Origin: Takakia lepidozioides
Taxonomy: Eukaryota > Plantae > Bryophyta
DNA: 64,000 bases
Direction of reading: 5' to 3'
Assembly: GCA_030704615.1 (NCBI GenBank)
Contig: CM060732.1
Location: 32,116,001-32,180,000, forward strand
Shown: piece by piece, positions 38,050 to 51,920 of the stretch
Layout: each line of letters begins with the position of its first letter
How positions within the stretch are numbered: the stretch's first letter is position 1
Program-made: the position numbers and the translations under genes
The notes under the pieces: model-generated
What the model was told of the DNA's origin: nothing
The model's input: the letters and a program-made list of their open reading frames with translations, nothing else
The model's database searches: none

Positions 38050-39058
38050 ATATTCTCATGATGTACTTTGTATACATCCGATTAATCGATTGATGTAAAA
38101 AAATTTCTTGTGGCTCGTGTGGGTTGCAACTTTGCATATATGATCTAAACATACTTATGCACAAGTGGACCAAGTATGAGCTTGAACCAAGTTGATTCAA
38201 TGGGTCATTCTAGTGTTGGATGCAGCTACGTGTCATAGAGACGGAAAATTGTGTTTCGTCTGCAGATGATTTTTTTTTTAATTCCATTTTCAAGCCATAT
38301 GCTTAACGATAGCATATGTAATGTGTGTGCAAAATTTGGGAGTAAACAAAAGTCATTTGGACCTATAACCAGATCTTGTTCTCTCATTTGCACTCCAAAG
38401 TTGAGTTATCTTCAACTTTATGCACTCTTCATAGAGAGTTCTGCAAAAATGACCCTAGAAACACACTTATTTTTTTCCATTTTTTTTTTGTCCCATTTTT
38501 TGCATGGATGTAGTGGTGCAAAGCCCAATGTCACGCAAAACAAAATATAGAGCTAAAAATAAATTCATTACGCCCCTCAAAACTGCAATCATATATTTTC
38601 TAAATGCAAATATATATTTTAAATTCATTTAAATTCGATTTAATTCAAAATTGGTGCAAGGGTGAGTGCGTCGTTGGGGAGGCAATTTTTATTTATTTAT
38701 TTTTTTTCTTCCCTGCTGGATCTTTGTACAGGTGTTGCACACATATTCAAGCACATGTAGGAAAAAATGAAGCTTGAGCCACATCCGTTTGTTGGGTGCA
38801 ATGGCATGAGAGGATTTTCTTTCACATTAATAAACAAAAATTGGTTGATAGGGTGAATGCGTCATTGGGGGGGCAAATGATTTTGTTTGGGTTTGAAATT
38901 TTGCATGCGTGTACGTTGCGCACATACATGTAATTATTGAATGACATATTTAATGCACACACACATTGAAGGTTGTTGTTTGCATTTTGCTTATAATGAA
39001 GTGTATGGTTGCAATGACACATTATAATATATGTCTCTATGTTCATTTGTTCGTATCA

Positions 39059-42000
39059 GGACTTTGTCCATCCCTTCCCGGTCTTTTCTCTTGGCAGCCC
39101 ATCCGAAAACAACCCAAGTACATCAGGCGGGAGCCGTGGGCGAGACGCCGCCCCCACGGTACCGGACGATGATGACGATGACAGTGATAGTGATAGTAAC
39201 AACAACAATGAGCATGGAATTAACCAGGAAGATGTGCAAGCCATGGAGGATCTCTTAATGCATCATGTGGGCGCTGATGCATCCCATGAAGAGGGAACCC
39301 GACCAATCGATGATCCTGAAATGGCCCCCTCAAATGACATGGAGAGGGAGGCGAGAACTCCCTTATACGAAAGGGCGAAAGTGAGTCGACTTTCAACAAT
39401 CTTACTTTTGCTCAATCTTCAAATTCGATTTGGCATAAGTAATGTTGGGATGTCTGCCATAATGCGAACTATTGCAGACTATATCCTTGCTCCACACTTG
39501 AAACCCAAGATGCCACGGTCGCGGAAAGAGGCGCGCGAAGTCTTGGACTCTGTGGGGATGAGCTATAAGATTTTTCATGCATGTCCATGTGATAAAACCC
39601 TATACTACGGAGATGATTCGCATCTCACCAAGTGCCCAAAGTGCAAGAAAGACCGATATCGGGATGATGTCCAAGGGAAAAAAGTACCACGCAAGGTATA
39701 CGCACCATTCCCCCTCGCATGGAGATTATTAGAGAGTAGTACTCATGCAAGATCTGATTGTGCTTTTGGAAGGAGTGAGTGAGGAGTGGAAGGAGCGACG
39801 TTTGGTTTTGACCATTCACACCCAAATGAGAGAGAGGCTGCATCAAGGGAAAAACATAAGGGTGTTGTATTATGTGTGCTAATGTGATGTTTACATGTGG
39901 GGGGCGTGGGGTATTTCCTCCTAGAAAATGCATTACTTTCTAATCATCCCGCGATTGAGGGCACAGTACCAAAGCCCCGAATTGGCCAGACTCATGAGAT
40001 GGCACGCCTCGCATCGGAGCCCCTGGGAAAGGTGTGCGGGCCACAAGATTCACAAGCATGGAGGCATATTGAAGAGATGTGGCCTTTTCTCTTGGAGGAC
40101 CCATGACATGTCCACCTCGGCTTCTCCTCGGATGGGGTCAACCCATTCTCTGTCCAGTCATGTAGTCATTCCACTTGGCCGGTGACCATGGTGAATTACA
40201 ACATCCCTCCGTATCTTTCAATTAAAAAAGGCCATATCATGTTGGCTGCCATTGTGCCAGGTGAGTGTACTCATTTCATGGACTTTACATTAAACTTCTG
40301 ATCTTTGACGCAATTCGGATGCAAGATTGATGAGTGACATAATCATGGAGTAAGACGTGTAATTCATTTTGTAGTATAATCTGCATATTGGTGGAGCATT
40401 GAAACAATGATGCGAATGTCTCAAAGGGAAAAAACAAGTGACAAACATGGACACGTACTTGCGACCTCTTGTTGATGAACTTAAAAGAGTTATGGAGGGG
40501 GGTCCCGACATTGGATGCTTCACTTGACCCTATGGCCGGACAATCTTTTCAGATGAGAGACATCTTGCTTTGGACAATGCATGATTATCCATGTATATTA
40601 TGTTCCCCATGAACAACCCGCGTACATTCACTTGTCAATGCCGGATGAGGATGAGGATTGGGATTGATTGAAGTAGCGGCGACAGTCTTGTGCACCGTAG
40701 TGGGGTAGATGGCATTATGGGCCATGCACATGACAACTTTTTGTTTTTGCTAATGTGGCGGGATGTGTAGTACATGACTAATTGTTTGCTCGGGGCTAAG
40801 CACCAAAGGGTACCATGCATGCTTGCATTGTGGCGATGATCTTGATGCACATAGCTCCCGCCATCTTCACAAGATGGTGTATCCCAACTACCGCAAATTT
40901 CTTCTTATGAGCCATCGATGGAGAAGAAGAGAGAAACGTTTGTTGATGGCAAAGAGGAAGTACGTCCCCCCCCCCCTATGACACCGTCCGGGCAGTTTTG
41001 GGAGGACCGATGGAAGGAGGCCCATGCGGGCACGGACGGTGAAGTGGACGTGCCCGGCATGAAACGACTTTCAATCTTCTACGAGTTGCCATATTGGGTG
41101 GTACATATTCCACAAAAACACCGTCAATATCCCTATGCATGCATGTGATATTGCACATTTGGTATGCGTAGCATTGTCACTTTCATGTAAATTTTTTTTT
41201 GTAAGTCTTTGTGGGTGGGGATATATGTAGGACCTGGAGATTCGTCATCTTCTAGATCCCATGCATATTGAGAAGAATGTTTGCTCGTCCTTTTTTTGGG
41301 TTCTTCATGGCACGCCGGCAAAGAAAGGAGTGGCTGCAAAAGGAGATTCTCTCGGTGTTAGAAAGGAGCTTGAGGAGCAGGGTCGCATGCGCCATCTATG
41401 GGCCGAACAAAATGGTGTGGACCCAAAGGGTGTTGTACGGTGGAAGTATAGGCGCGCACCTTGGCAATGGACAAAGGAGGAATACAAGAAAGTGATAGCC
41501 ACCATAAGTGCTGTCCGAACACCAACTGGTTATGGGTCATCCCTCCGTACGAAGTTCAGCGAAGAAGACGGGGTCCATGGTTTGAAATCTCATGACTACC
41601 ACAATCTATTGCAAGACATCTTGCCCATTGCAGTACGTGAGACATTGACTCCCGACATTCGTGAGACAATCTATAGATTGGGAGGCTTGTTCCGGTGGAT
41701 TTGCTCCAAAGAGTTGGAAGAAGCAGATTTTCCACACATGAAGAAGGAGGCGGCGGAGGTAATGTGTATGTTGGAGATGCACATTCCTCCCTCTTTCTTT
41801 GATATCCAAGTGCACTTGGTAGTGCACTTAGTGGAAGAGGCTTCGATTGCCGGCCCCGTTCATTCTCGGTGGATGTACTTCCTTGAGCGTTATATGAAGA
41901 CTTTGAAAGGATTTGTAAGACAAATGGCGCATCTGGAGGGTAGCATGGCGGAGGGGTATACGTTGCAAGAAGCTATGTTCTATTGCACGGAGTACATGGC

Positions 42001-42241
42001 AAGGATGGATGAGGAATCCCCTCAGATGTGGAAGGAAGAGGAGGATGCACGAACCAATGACATCGTTTTGTCCAAAAAATCGAAGAGGGTGAAATTGTCG
42101 ACCTTGGTGATTGAGCAAGCGCATGACTTCATACTGAAGAACACCCCATCCATACATGAGTGGGAGGCAAAATACAATAATCTTGTTCAGCAACGAGAGG
42201 AGGAGACGCTTGCATGGAGGCGAAACCATCAAAGGCCCTAA
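39059..42241 (+). pseudogene. CACTA transposase (Tnp2/Transposase_21 + DUF4218-type region), disrupted and 3'-truncated
   Basis: ARTPLYE, MPRSRKEA, HACPCDKTLY, CPKCKKDRY, YFLIIPRL, DSQAWRHIE, SDGVNPF, STWPV, DPMHIEKNV, GLKSHDYH, VHLVVHL, GPVHSRWMYFLER, EGSMAEGY. In-frame TGA near 40104. Confidence 0.9.
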
Positions 42242-43138
42242 CCCTAAACCTAGAAAGCCCTGCCGTCGCCGCCTGCGACCCCCACGCGTCGCAAACTGCG
42301 ACGCGTTTTCTTGGATTTATAAGGCCGGGGGTCGCAAACGGTGACGGCCAACCGTCGCCAACTGCGACCGGTTTTTTGAATGGATTTATGAGGCCGGCCG
42401 TCGCAAACTGTGACATGTTTTTTTGTTTTGTAAGAATAGGGCAGCCGGGCAGTTTGTGACGCCCGAATTCCCTAGAGACGTAAGGGGCCTTTTGCCCTTC
42501 ATGCCACCATGTGACGGCCGGGCGTCGCAAGAAAGGGCTGCAATGAAAGAGAAGGTAAGAAATGGTTTTTTTTTTCCGGAGTGTGACGACCAGCCGTCTC
42601 CAGAAAGGGCTGCCTTCTGCTCTTCGCTGGGGGTGACGCGTGGGCGTCGCACGGAAGGGCTGCCATTTTCCCTTCATCACTCTGTGCGACGGCCAGGCGT
42701 CGCCGCCTGGCCCCAGCGCCACGTTTCACTCCCGCGGGGTTGGCGTCGCACGCTCGGCGCCGCGCGGAGCGTGGGGGCGCGGCTAGCGTCGGAAAACACC
42801 CCCCCCCCCCCCCCCATTTGCTGTAGTGAGGGTTAAACCCGGGGCGGGGGTTACAGGGGAATTGGCGGACTCTTGGAAGCGGCGGACTGGTGTCGCAGAA
42901 TGACGACGCGCCGGGGGCGACGATGCCGATGGGATGAGAGCGGGGGTGGGGAAGGATTGACCGAGCCCAGCCGGCTGCCTTTCGATGGCTGCCGGAGGCG
43001 GAGAACCGGCAGTACGGGTGTCAGGGGTGGACCGACCTGACGCGCTCGCATTAAGTTCTTATATTATTCCTATTATCTTCTAATTTTTGTTATGCTGATA
43101 CATGATAAATTGATATTATAACAAATATCTGATTTCAG

Positions 43139-44230
43139 GTGGCTGTGATGAATGCGGATGGACAAATAGCATTTGACGAAGTTTAATATACGTTTGGTCA
43201 CGATGATGTTGATGCCATAAGCTCATTTGTAAAGCTCACTTTACTATCATTAGTGATAATGATTTTTAGTGAAAACTCTTGAGCTCACTCCCCACCATTT
43301 TGCTCCAGTATCATCAGATATTTTTTGTGGGGACATCTGAATTTCATTTCACTGCTACATGTACATATGTAAGATTTTTGTAATGCATACAAACAATGAA
43401 CTTTTGATGTATTTTTTAATTTGAAATTATTCTCATTTATATATTTGTTGTGTGGTGTTAGGCATGAATGGTAACATGACATACAAACGAGCTAAGAACA
43501 TACATGTGGGTGACTTGATGTGGATCAACATGAATAAGATCAACAATACTATCGAGCAGTTTATTGTGACGGGTGAGATTACATCTTTTTTTAATTTATG
43601 CATATTAATAGTGACAAGCTTTAGTGCTATGTGGGTTGCTCATCACTCCACTGGCTGGGAGCTTGTTGACTATGATTCTACATAATTTGATACAAGTTTC
43701 TAGTATATGGTCGATATTACAAATCTCATGCTTGAAAAGTTGTGAGGTGAATTGGCACTTAAATAAGTCGGTTCACTTGAAGTTTTCTTTTTTCTTTAAC
43801 CATTGACATTAATAATCCAAAAATTGAGTTGTGGCAGATAGGACGGTGATTGTTAATGTTAGGTTGTACAACCCCTACACTCTAAGTGGAAATATTGTCG
43901 TAGATGATGTGGTGGCATCAGTGCATAGCGATTGGTTCTCGATGATTTATTTGACACTATCACAATCACACATTGGCTTCCTACAACTTATCAGGTACAT
44001 CCAAAACGTCACATGTTCAAGTTATTTATGTATTTAATATTCCAGCACTAGGATTTAATATTATCATTAATATTGTGGCTTTGTTCACATAATATGACAG
44101 ATGGTGCTAGCTCCGGTGCGGATGCTTTATTATTTCTTGGGCAAAAACACATATGCCAAGACTCTATCACTTTGTGTACTCGTATATGGGTGTACCTCAG
44201 TTTCTCATTCTACATGGCGGCAAATGTGCA
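43139..44230 (+). pseudogene. Hedgehog-type Hint (Hog) domain gene remnant
   Basis: Exon pieces: VAVMNADGQIAFDEV/YTFGHDD..SFVKLTL; KTLELTPHH; YKRAKNIHVGD; LYNPYTLSGNIVVDDVVASVHSDWF; VLAPVRMLY. Frameshifts are present and the N-terminus was not found. Confidence 0.65.
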
Positions 44231-45940
44231 ACTATTGGTGGTATGGTTGCTACATTTATGTTAGTCTCTCTTCCGATGCGATTGAACTCAAAATTTTCAG
44301 TGTAGAGTGATGACATAAGTTGGTCAATGGAGAAACAATTGGTTATGTGGTGGCACAGAAGATTGACAATGGTTGACATCCAGCACATATCTACATTTGG
44401 CTTTAAAATTAAACCTATTACTACCTGGATGACCTTATGCCCTTGATAACCAAGCCATCTATTGGATGCTATGTAATAGTAAGGCTAATTCTACGATATC
44501 GTGAGTCATAAGACAACTATGTGTCATCTTGATGTTTTCATTGCACCAAAGATAAGTGTAAACAGAAACATTATATTTAGTTAAAGTGAAAAATGGTTGA
44601 AAAGTGGACCTTATGCCCTTGATAACCAAGCCATCTATTAGATACTACCAGGGTAGCATGTGCCGTTGGCCCAAGTGTCCAGGGTCATCTAAGTCCAAGT
44701 GCAATCCCCTATGTATCAAAGTGCGTTTCCTATGTCGAGGCCCAAATGCAACCTTTAGGGTAGCCTTTGCCGTTGGCCCAAGTGTCCAATGTCATCTAAG
44801 TAAGTTTTTTTCCACATACCCTACCCTTCTGGTTTGCACTACATTCCCTTACAATCACGTTGAAAATTCCTGGCAACAACTAGTGTCCATAGTGCATCTT
44901 CACAATATCATGTTTCACCATTTTCGACTGACAGCAGCTCCCACTAATCTTGATTTGACCATTGGCAATCAATTGGTCACCGAGAGTCCTATCCCTCAAA
45001 AAATAATCAGCAAAGATGCTGTTTGAGTCAAACAGCAATTACTTGAAGGGAATACCAACAAAAAGCATGGACACACTACTGCACCAAAAGATCAGGGTAA
45101 GTTACACTACTGGAGTGAGCCCCTCACAAAGGTAGTGCCCGTGTTCCCAAACTGGGCACAAGGTCTATGGCCACAAGGCTACGGCAAGCGAAGTCTTATG
45201 AGCACATTGTCTCTCTCGCTCTCTCTCTTTTTCCTCTCTCTCCGAATCCGCTCAGCATGTACCTTTTCTAATTTTTTCTGTTGATGGCGACAAAGGCCCT
45301 AATATTTGATAAGAAAGAAAGAAAGGGAGGGAGGGAGACAGAGAGACTGTGATCCTAAGACTTTTTTGCCGTAGCCTTCTAGGCATAGACTCCCCGCCCA
45401 GTTTGGGCGGAAATATAAGGACCAAGCGCTACTTTTATGAGGGACTCACTCCAGTAGTGTGATTAATCTTGGTATAAGCAATCTTCCCAGATATCCTCTA
45501 GAAAGCCCTTCACGCAAGCATCGATCTGCAGTGTGTGAGCAGCCCAATTGTTTGACCCCAACAGGGCCAGGGCTTTAGACTCAGGAGAGAGAGAGAGAGA
45601 GGGAAAGACATTGTTTGCGGTAGCCTTGTGGCCATAGACCCCATGCCCAATTTGGGCAGAACAAGAGGCAAGGGGTACTACCTTTGTGAGAGGCACACTC
45701 CACTTACCTTGTACAAACAATTAGTTCGGGCTTTCCAGATTTCCTCTGTTGTGATTGCCAAGTAATTAGACCCAACAATGGGGGGCAGCCTATTGACATG
45801 TAGCATCCACGAACACAATTGCGCAACAAGCTCCTAACCTAGGAGCTACTTATACCCGGAGAAGAAAATGCCACAGATGACAAAGGTTTGTGTTGAAATC
45901 CTCAAAAACACCAGAATTCCAAATTGACGCATGGACATAC

Positions 45941-46305
45941 CTGTAGGATAAATCAAGCACAAGACCTCTGTACATATGCAGCTCATCCTCGCTATCACTC
46001 TCATCCGCCTCGTCAAACAGAAAATTGGCGGCAGGGGATGCTAAAGGTTCTGTTGTCCAGCCGTCGTTCAGATTTATGGATTGCTTCAAGTTAGAACTAG
46101 CCTCCTTCTTTTTGCCTGATTTCCCAGAATTGGAAGAGCTTTTCATATTTGTATCTCAATGTTCCATCGTATACAGGTACATCTGGTGTTTTCTCCGAGC
46201 CACTCCACCTATCTCTTCCAGAGGAATAGATAACGGCACAGCCAACGTTAAGCTCTTGTGTGACGTTGCTATGCGCAAACAATGGTTGAGTCTTCATGGC
46301 GATTA
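45941..46305 (-). pseudogene. First-exon remnant of plant HNH endonuclease family gene
   Basis: Acidic tract followed by YRGLVLDLSYR and a GT donor, the N-terminal motif of plant HNH proteins. Frameshifted, and downstream exons were not found. Confidence 0.5.
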
Positions 46306-47141
46306 TACCTCTTAAACCACTCTGGTTTGGTGCTGGACTTGGATCGAATTACTCATAAATTCATACGAATTCCCTAGAGACGTACCCCAGTGTGGTAGCT
46401 CCATCGTCTCATTCTTGATTTGGTTCCGTGCTACGAGCCAAGAGCCAAACTTGGAAATCGACTCCTGGCAGCAGACACAATCCCAAAGGATCCCGGCAGC
46501 AGCAAGGTTGAGGGATGCAAGATTCAAGACGAACTCTAAAGCAAGCGACTCAATGCGAGATCAGATGCAGAAACAATAATCCGAGAAGCCAAACGATAGC
46601 ATGAGGGCTCCAGCAACTCGGAACCGGAGGACTAGAAGCGAGCGAGAGCAGCGACACGGCTCCCACGGACAACTTTACAAGGTACTATAAATCCTCCCAC
46701 CACCACCGTTCATTGCCGGTTATACCGGTCACCAGATGGCGTCGTCCGTCTTAACTAAAACCGTTGCCTGTTTGAAGTTTGGGCAGCATATTCTGCCCGA
46801 GAGAGAATTTGAGGGATGCCCGAGACTGCAGGCATTGGCTGTTGTGATATTGGTGCTGCAATGTCGCGTATCAGCTCGTGCCACGTGCCGGACATATCCA
46901 TCTTTCGCAGTTTGATTTTTGGTGGGAGAGGGAGACAAGAGCGAAGAGTGCAGAGTGCAGACAAGCTTGGCGTGCGTGCGGGGAAGCTTCGTTGCGGGAA
47001 GAGATCTGCAGAGCTTGTTTGATTGTTGCAAGGGGAGGTTTGGTGGTCAAGACTGAAGATTTTTTGTATTGGGGAGCGTGTGCAGAGGCGGTTTGTCGAT
47101 TGCTAGGAGCTTGAGGAACATTCAATCCCATTGCAGTAGGA

Positions 47142-50100
47142 ATGGCTGTCGCTGCGTCTACAGTGTCTGCCAGTCAATGTGTTCGTCGGACTACCCTGGC
47201 ATTGGATCTTCCGCTTGCTCGGGTTGCGACTCGGCCTTCGCTCGTCCCGGCAAGGTCTCTCAGGTGCCTCTATTTTTTTAATATCTGTCAGCATTCGCGT
47301 CCCTACTTGTGTAACTGGTTTCTAACGTGGTGCTGTTATGAAGGTGCTATGATGTGATCAAGAAAACTGTGAGGCTTTGGTAGGAGACTATTACGAGGAC
47401 ATGAACATCCCGAATCAGAGAAGGTTCTATCGGCAACAAGAATTAGATGCTCAAACAGTTGGTGTCATTGCCAAATCCAACTCGATTTTCTCGGGGAGAA
47501 TGTATTAGGAAATGCTACCGTCATTGCCCGGGAATTCCAAGGCCTCACCTTATGGGATTCGAGAAAGCATTCCAATTTCTTAGCTAATTGGCCTTAAAAG
47601 TTGATGTGCATTTGAGAACTACATTCCATGAGGGCCATGCTGAATACTTTTGCGCTATCCTCGAGGGGACACTGCCAAGTTCTGCAGAAACCTGAGACCA
47701 CTGTGGAAGACGTCCAAGCTCGTTGGATTGGCCTTCCATTACTTCTTCTATAACAACTGCAGCAGCAATTTGCAACCGTTGAGCCCCTTTTGTGGTGTAC
47801 AGAGTCTGGACTTCCTGAGCTATCAGTTGATTTGGGAACACTAGTGTATGGAGGCCCATGTTCATTATGCACTGTAGGATTGGAGAGGGAATTTTCTTTG
47901 TGACAGGATCTCATTAGTTGACAGGTAGATGAAAATCCTTGGGCATCAATCTGACTTCATTGCCCTACCTTTTCTAGGCGATTTTAAGGAGCTCACACCT
48001 GCAGTGGAAGTGGAGTCTTAGCTATGGAACTTTTGTGGACATGATCAACAATGTTCTGACAAAGATCTGTGTGCCTGTGAAGGAGATTGTCAGGCATTCA
48101 CCTGAGACAAAATCAGAGGTATGGAGGAGCGAGGTCTGCACTCTCAGAATCTCCCACAATAGGTGGCAGTGCACGAGCAGAGGTGCAGTATGTTGATGGG
48201 GAAGCAGCGAAAAAACTTGTAACAGAGGAAGGCTTCTCAATCATAGATATCCGGGATACATCACAGTACAATCGGTCACACATTCCTTCTAGTGCTCACA
48301 TCCCTCTCTTCATCGACAACACAGACAATGACATTGGTGGGGTTGGTTTCTTTCTCACAACACTGTTGTGGGTTGAATTTATGGAGCAAAGGCAGTTACA
48401 GGATTGTGGTAGAGGTGTGATATGTGATAGTGATATTGGTGGATGTGTCACATTATATCCTTTTGAAGTTTCACATGTAAGGTAATGAAGGCGATAAAGC
48501 GTTGTCATGATCCACCGAATACTCAGCATGCATCGTGTCTAGATCTGTTCTTGTTCTACACATTGGGTTTTCCTCAACTGGAGCAATTGTTTGGGCTTCC
48601 ACATGGCCTGGTGAAGAGTCTGAGAGGTGATGATCTGCCAATGCAGGAACTGTCATCAACAGGCAGTTACACTTTGGCTTTGCGGGGTTATTCTATGGGG
48701 TGGCCTTCACAAAACCCAATCCCGATTTCATTGCTACTGTGGAGAAGCAGTTCCCAAAGGACAGCAATCTACTGCTTGTGTGCCAGGAGGGCCTAAGGTA
48801 GGCTCAGATTTCTTTCTCTCTCAGTCTGTCGGAGGTGTTGTTACTCTAGCCTGCCCCTCTTTCTACTTGTTTCTCTCATCCTAGTAGCCTGGCAAACAGC
48901 ATGTTATGAGTACATTCTCTCATCCTAATCTACTTTTTCTGTCCTATAGTTTGGGTGGTTGGTGATGTGTAAGACTATTTCATTGGTGCACCATACCTCT
49001 CTCTTAAGTCTAGCAGAGACTTAGCCAGTGTTTAACAACTGCCATCTGTGAGCATTACATAGTGCACCTTAGATTAGTTCTGCACAAGCTGTGTTGAATT
49101 ACCTCTGGTAGTTAAGTGCCTCAATTCTGAGTCTAACTTCCTACTGCTGAAGGCAAGAGAGCAGGTGGTACATATTGGTCAAAGGGGTGAGTGTTTAACA
49201 GCATGATTGGGATGGGCAGGTCAGGGACTGCAGCAGATAAGCTGGAGGAGTCCGGCTTCCAAAATGTGGCCTACCTGATGAATGGATTGCAGAAGGTTAA
49301 ACCAGGTGGGTTGGTAGTTGCATTATCTCCGCAGTCCGGCCTTGTATTGTTCTTCTTGTCCCCGGGTGATTTGTCATTTTCTCGTATGTTCTCATGTAAT
49401 ACATATATTTCCATTAGTGAAATAGCAGGCCTCCATTTCCTGTGAATGGGAGAACCTGCTTTAATTGGTGAACTCCTTTGCTAAGGCAGGTGTGTGGCGA
49501 GGGGTGTAAGAACTGTTGATCGTGCTATGAAGGGCTACAGCTCTAATGGAACTCCTTGATTGATGGTCTCCAGCTCACAGAGGCTGCAAGAGGCTCCTTT
49601 GGGATGTTTGGCAGTATCAATCTGTAGCCTCGATTATGTTGGAAATTCAGCTACAGAAAGTAAGACTACTATAGTGTCTAAACAGCAGAGCAGTTTTAAG
49701 GATGGTTTGAGGTCAAATCTCGGAAAGGTCACCACATTGCAAATGTATAAGCAGCTTTTAGAGATAAGACTCTTACACCTCATTGTTTGATGAGAACAGG
49801 AACTTTTGAAAAGGAGGGCCCAAAGGAGTTGGCGGATGCAGGCAAGGCAGGCCTGGTCACCATTCAGGGCCAATTTTCTATTGTTCTGGGCACCATTCTT
49901 ATTTGTGAGCGTCCCTTCCTGCCATTGCTGAACATCTGAGTCAGGTTGTTTTGCATGGACTTCTTGTGCCGGAATTTGAAGATATTGATATTGGTATGTT
50001 TCTATACGTTACATGTTATTGTTTATAATGGATGGGGTCTTTTGATGGTTTGTGTGCTTTAAACTTGTGAGGTAGGAAATGAAGCCAGATATTGTCATTG

Positions 50101-50252
50101 TGCTTGTGCCAAAGAGTTCATGAAGGACTGGCATCAGCAACCTACTAAAAAGTAAGTCGGTTTGTCGTGCTGATTGTATGTGTGCAGTGGCATTTCTCTT
50201 TTTGCAATTCTTTCCGGACCAAGCAGAGCAGCTTTTCTTCAGCAATAAATAA
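47142..50252 (+). CDS. STR9: Chloroplast rhodanese-like domain protein 9
   Basis: Transit-peptide-like exon (47142), then AEVQYVDGEAAKKLVTEEGFSIIDIRD...HIPLFIDNTDNDIG, GLFYGVAFTKPNPDF...LLVCQEGLRS, GLQKVKPG, AGKAGLVTIQG...LGTILIC, FLQFFPDQAEQLF. Stop at 50250-50252. Confidence 0.88.
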
Positions 50253-51920
50253 GGCTATGCACACCAGCGGGGATCTTGCTCTTATCCTAGCCTTCTATAA
50301 GGCTAATCACCACAGCTACCCATTTCTTGTCAAACACTGATCAATCAATCTTATCCTCAAGTGAGGCAAGTAATTGCCCTGCTATTCAGTGCCATGCAGG
50401 TCACCTCAGATGTGTGGAATATTTGTTCTTGATGGTTGTTACCTGTTCCCTGTCAACTCTTGCAGCTCTACATTATTTCTTCCTCACCCCTACCTTTGTG
50501 ATCTGTTCATATGGAGCAGCTTCCACCTATCTACGGTCACTGGCATGAGATTATGTTGCAGGATTTTGAAGTTCTCTTGTTCTGATCAGCAAAATTGTTT
50601 TGGGTAATGACTGGGCTGGACAGCTTACATGACGATTGAGTGAAAAGAAAGGCAAGCCCAGTCTTATGCAAAGTGTAGTTTCAGCAAGTCCCGTCACTTA
50701 ATTGAAGGAAGTAGAAGTCCCAAGCATTTGAAATAACTTGTAACCAGTGATACCGAATGTGCATGATAGGGTTTTCATGATCAGCTGAAGGTGGTAGAGT
50801 TCAGTACTACTGACGGAAATGAGTAAATGAACACAGCTCGCAGAATGTTGTAGTCGTCGATGGCCTGTATCCATGTGTGTTTGATGTCTTCACACTTCTT
50901 CTCTCTGGAATGTCATATCATCTCTAGGGTTGATAAAATTCAAGAGTTATTAAGGTTAAAGCCGAAATGCTTCATTGCAATTCCAGTGAAGGTTATCAAC
51001 CTGGCAAATCTTGGTTTTGAGGAAGCTCAAAAAGCTCTCTCAGAACACTATCCATAAGGCATACAGTCTATTCCCTGGCAGGAAGGCCTGCTATTTGGCT
51101 TGAGGCCCCTGCAGAGGTGGCATATAATCTTATGAAGAGATCGTCATGAATGTGGGTGGGAAGAACTCCACTTGTTGTTGGTCCGGTGTATAGCTCAGCA
51201 ACACTCTGCTCCAACTCTAGACTTAAGATATCAGGGTGTGCCTTCCAATGTGTAGGGATGAAGTGCAGGTGTGCTGTGTGCTCCTAAACCTGTTGAGCTT
51301 AGGTGGTAGAATGAAGATGACAAAATGTCGAACTACTCTATTTTAGACATTCGAGACATTTGTTGTGAGACTCCTATCAAGAGCTCAACTCCTCCCACTT
51401 ATCTACGTTGTAGTCTGTCCAATAGTAACATATGGTGCCTGCACCGGTTGACCTCTGGCCTCTTGCATAATGCTTTGCAAATGAGGTGATTCTGAGTCTT
51501 GATAGAACATGTCATTAAATGAAAAAGTTTTCCATGTTTAATTCTAGTGCGTTTTTAAATGAGATACAATAGTTCCTGAAGTGGTTGTACTCAAAGAACC
51601 ATTTAGAATACACTTCCATTTTTGGGCCCTCCAAGGTACATTGTTTTTGATTTGAAAGACAAGTCTACAGGTAGAGTAGCTTCCAATCAAGTCACTTCTT
51701 AATGCTACAGGATGCTGAGTTGCAGTGGCTCAGGCAACATGGTGAAGTCAATATTGACTACCAACACTGGCAATGGGACCCCCTTGACCAGGACAATGGT
51801 CCCCATATTTTCTATTTGCTATTGCCAAATGAGGTGGGAGATACTGTCCTTCAACCCCTCCTTCCTCTCAACTTAAGTCGGAATAGTGTTCTCAGTGATT
51901 TCTAGCCATGCACTTGTGCC

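Larger units (their letters stand above)
25645..42828. mobile_element. CACTA (En/Spm) transposon with SET-domain cargo; left terminus not found
   Basis: Right end ...CATTTGCTGTAGTG (42828) reads CACTACAGCAAATG on the - strand. GCGACG/CGTCGC subterminal repeat clusters at 25645-25800, 35690-35930 and 42260-42790. A Tnp2-type transposase lies inside. Confidence 0.75.
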
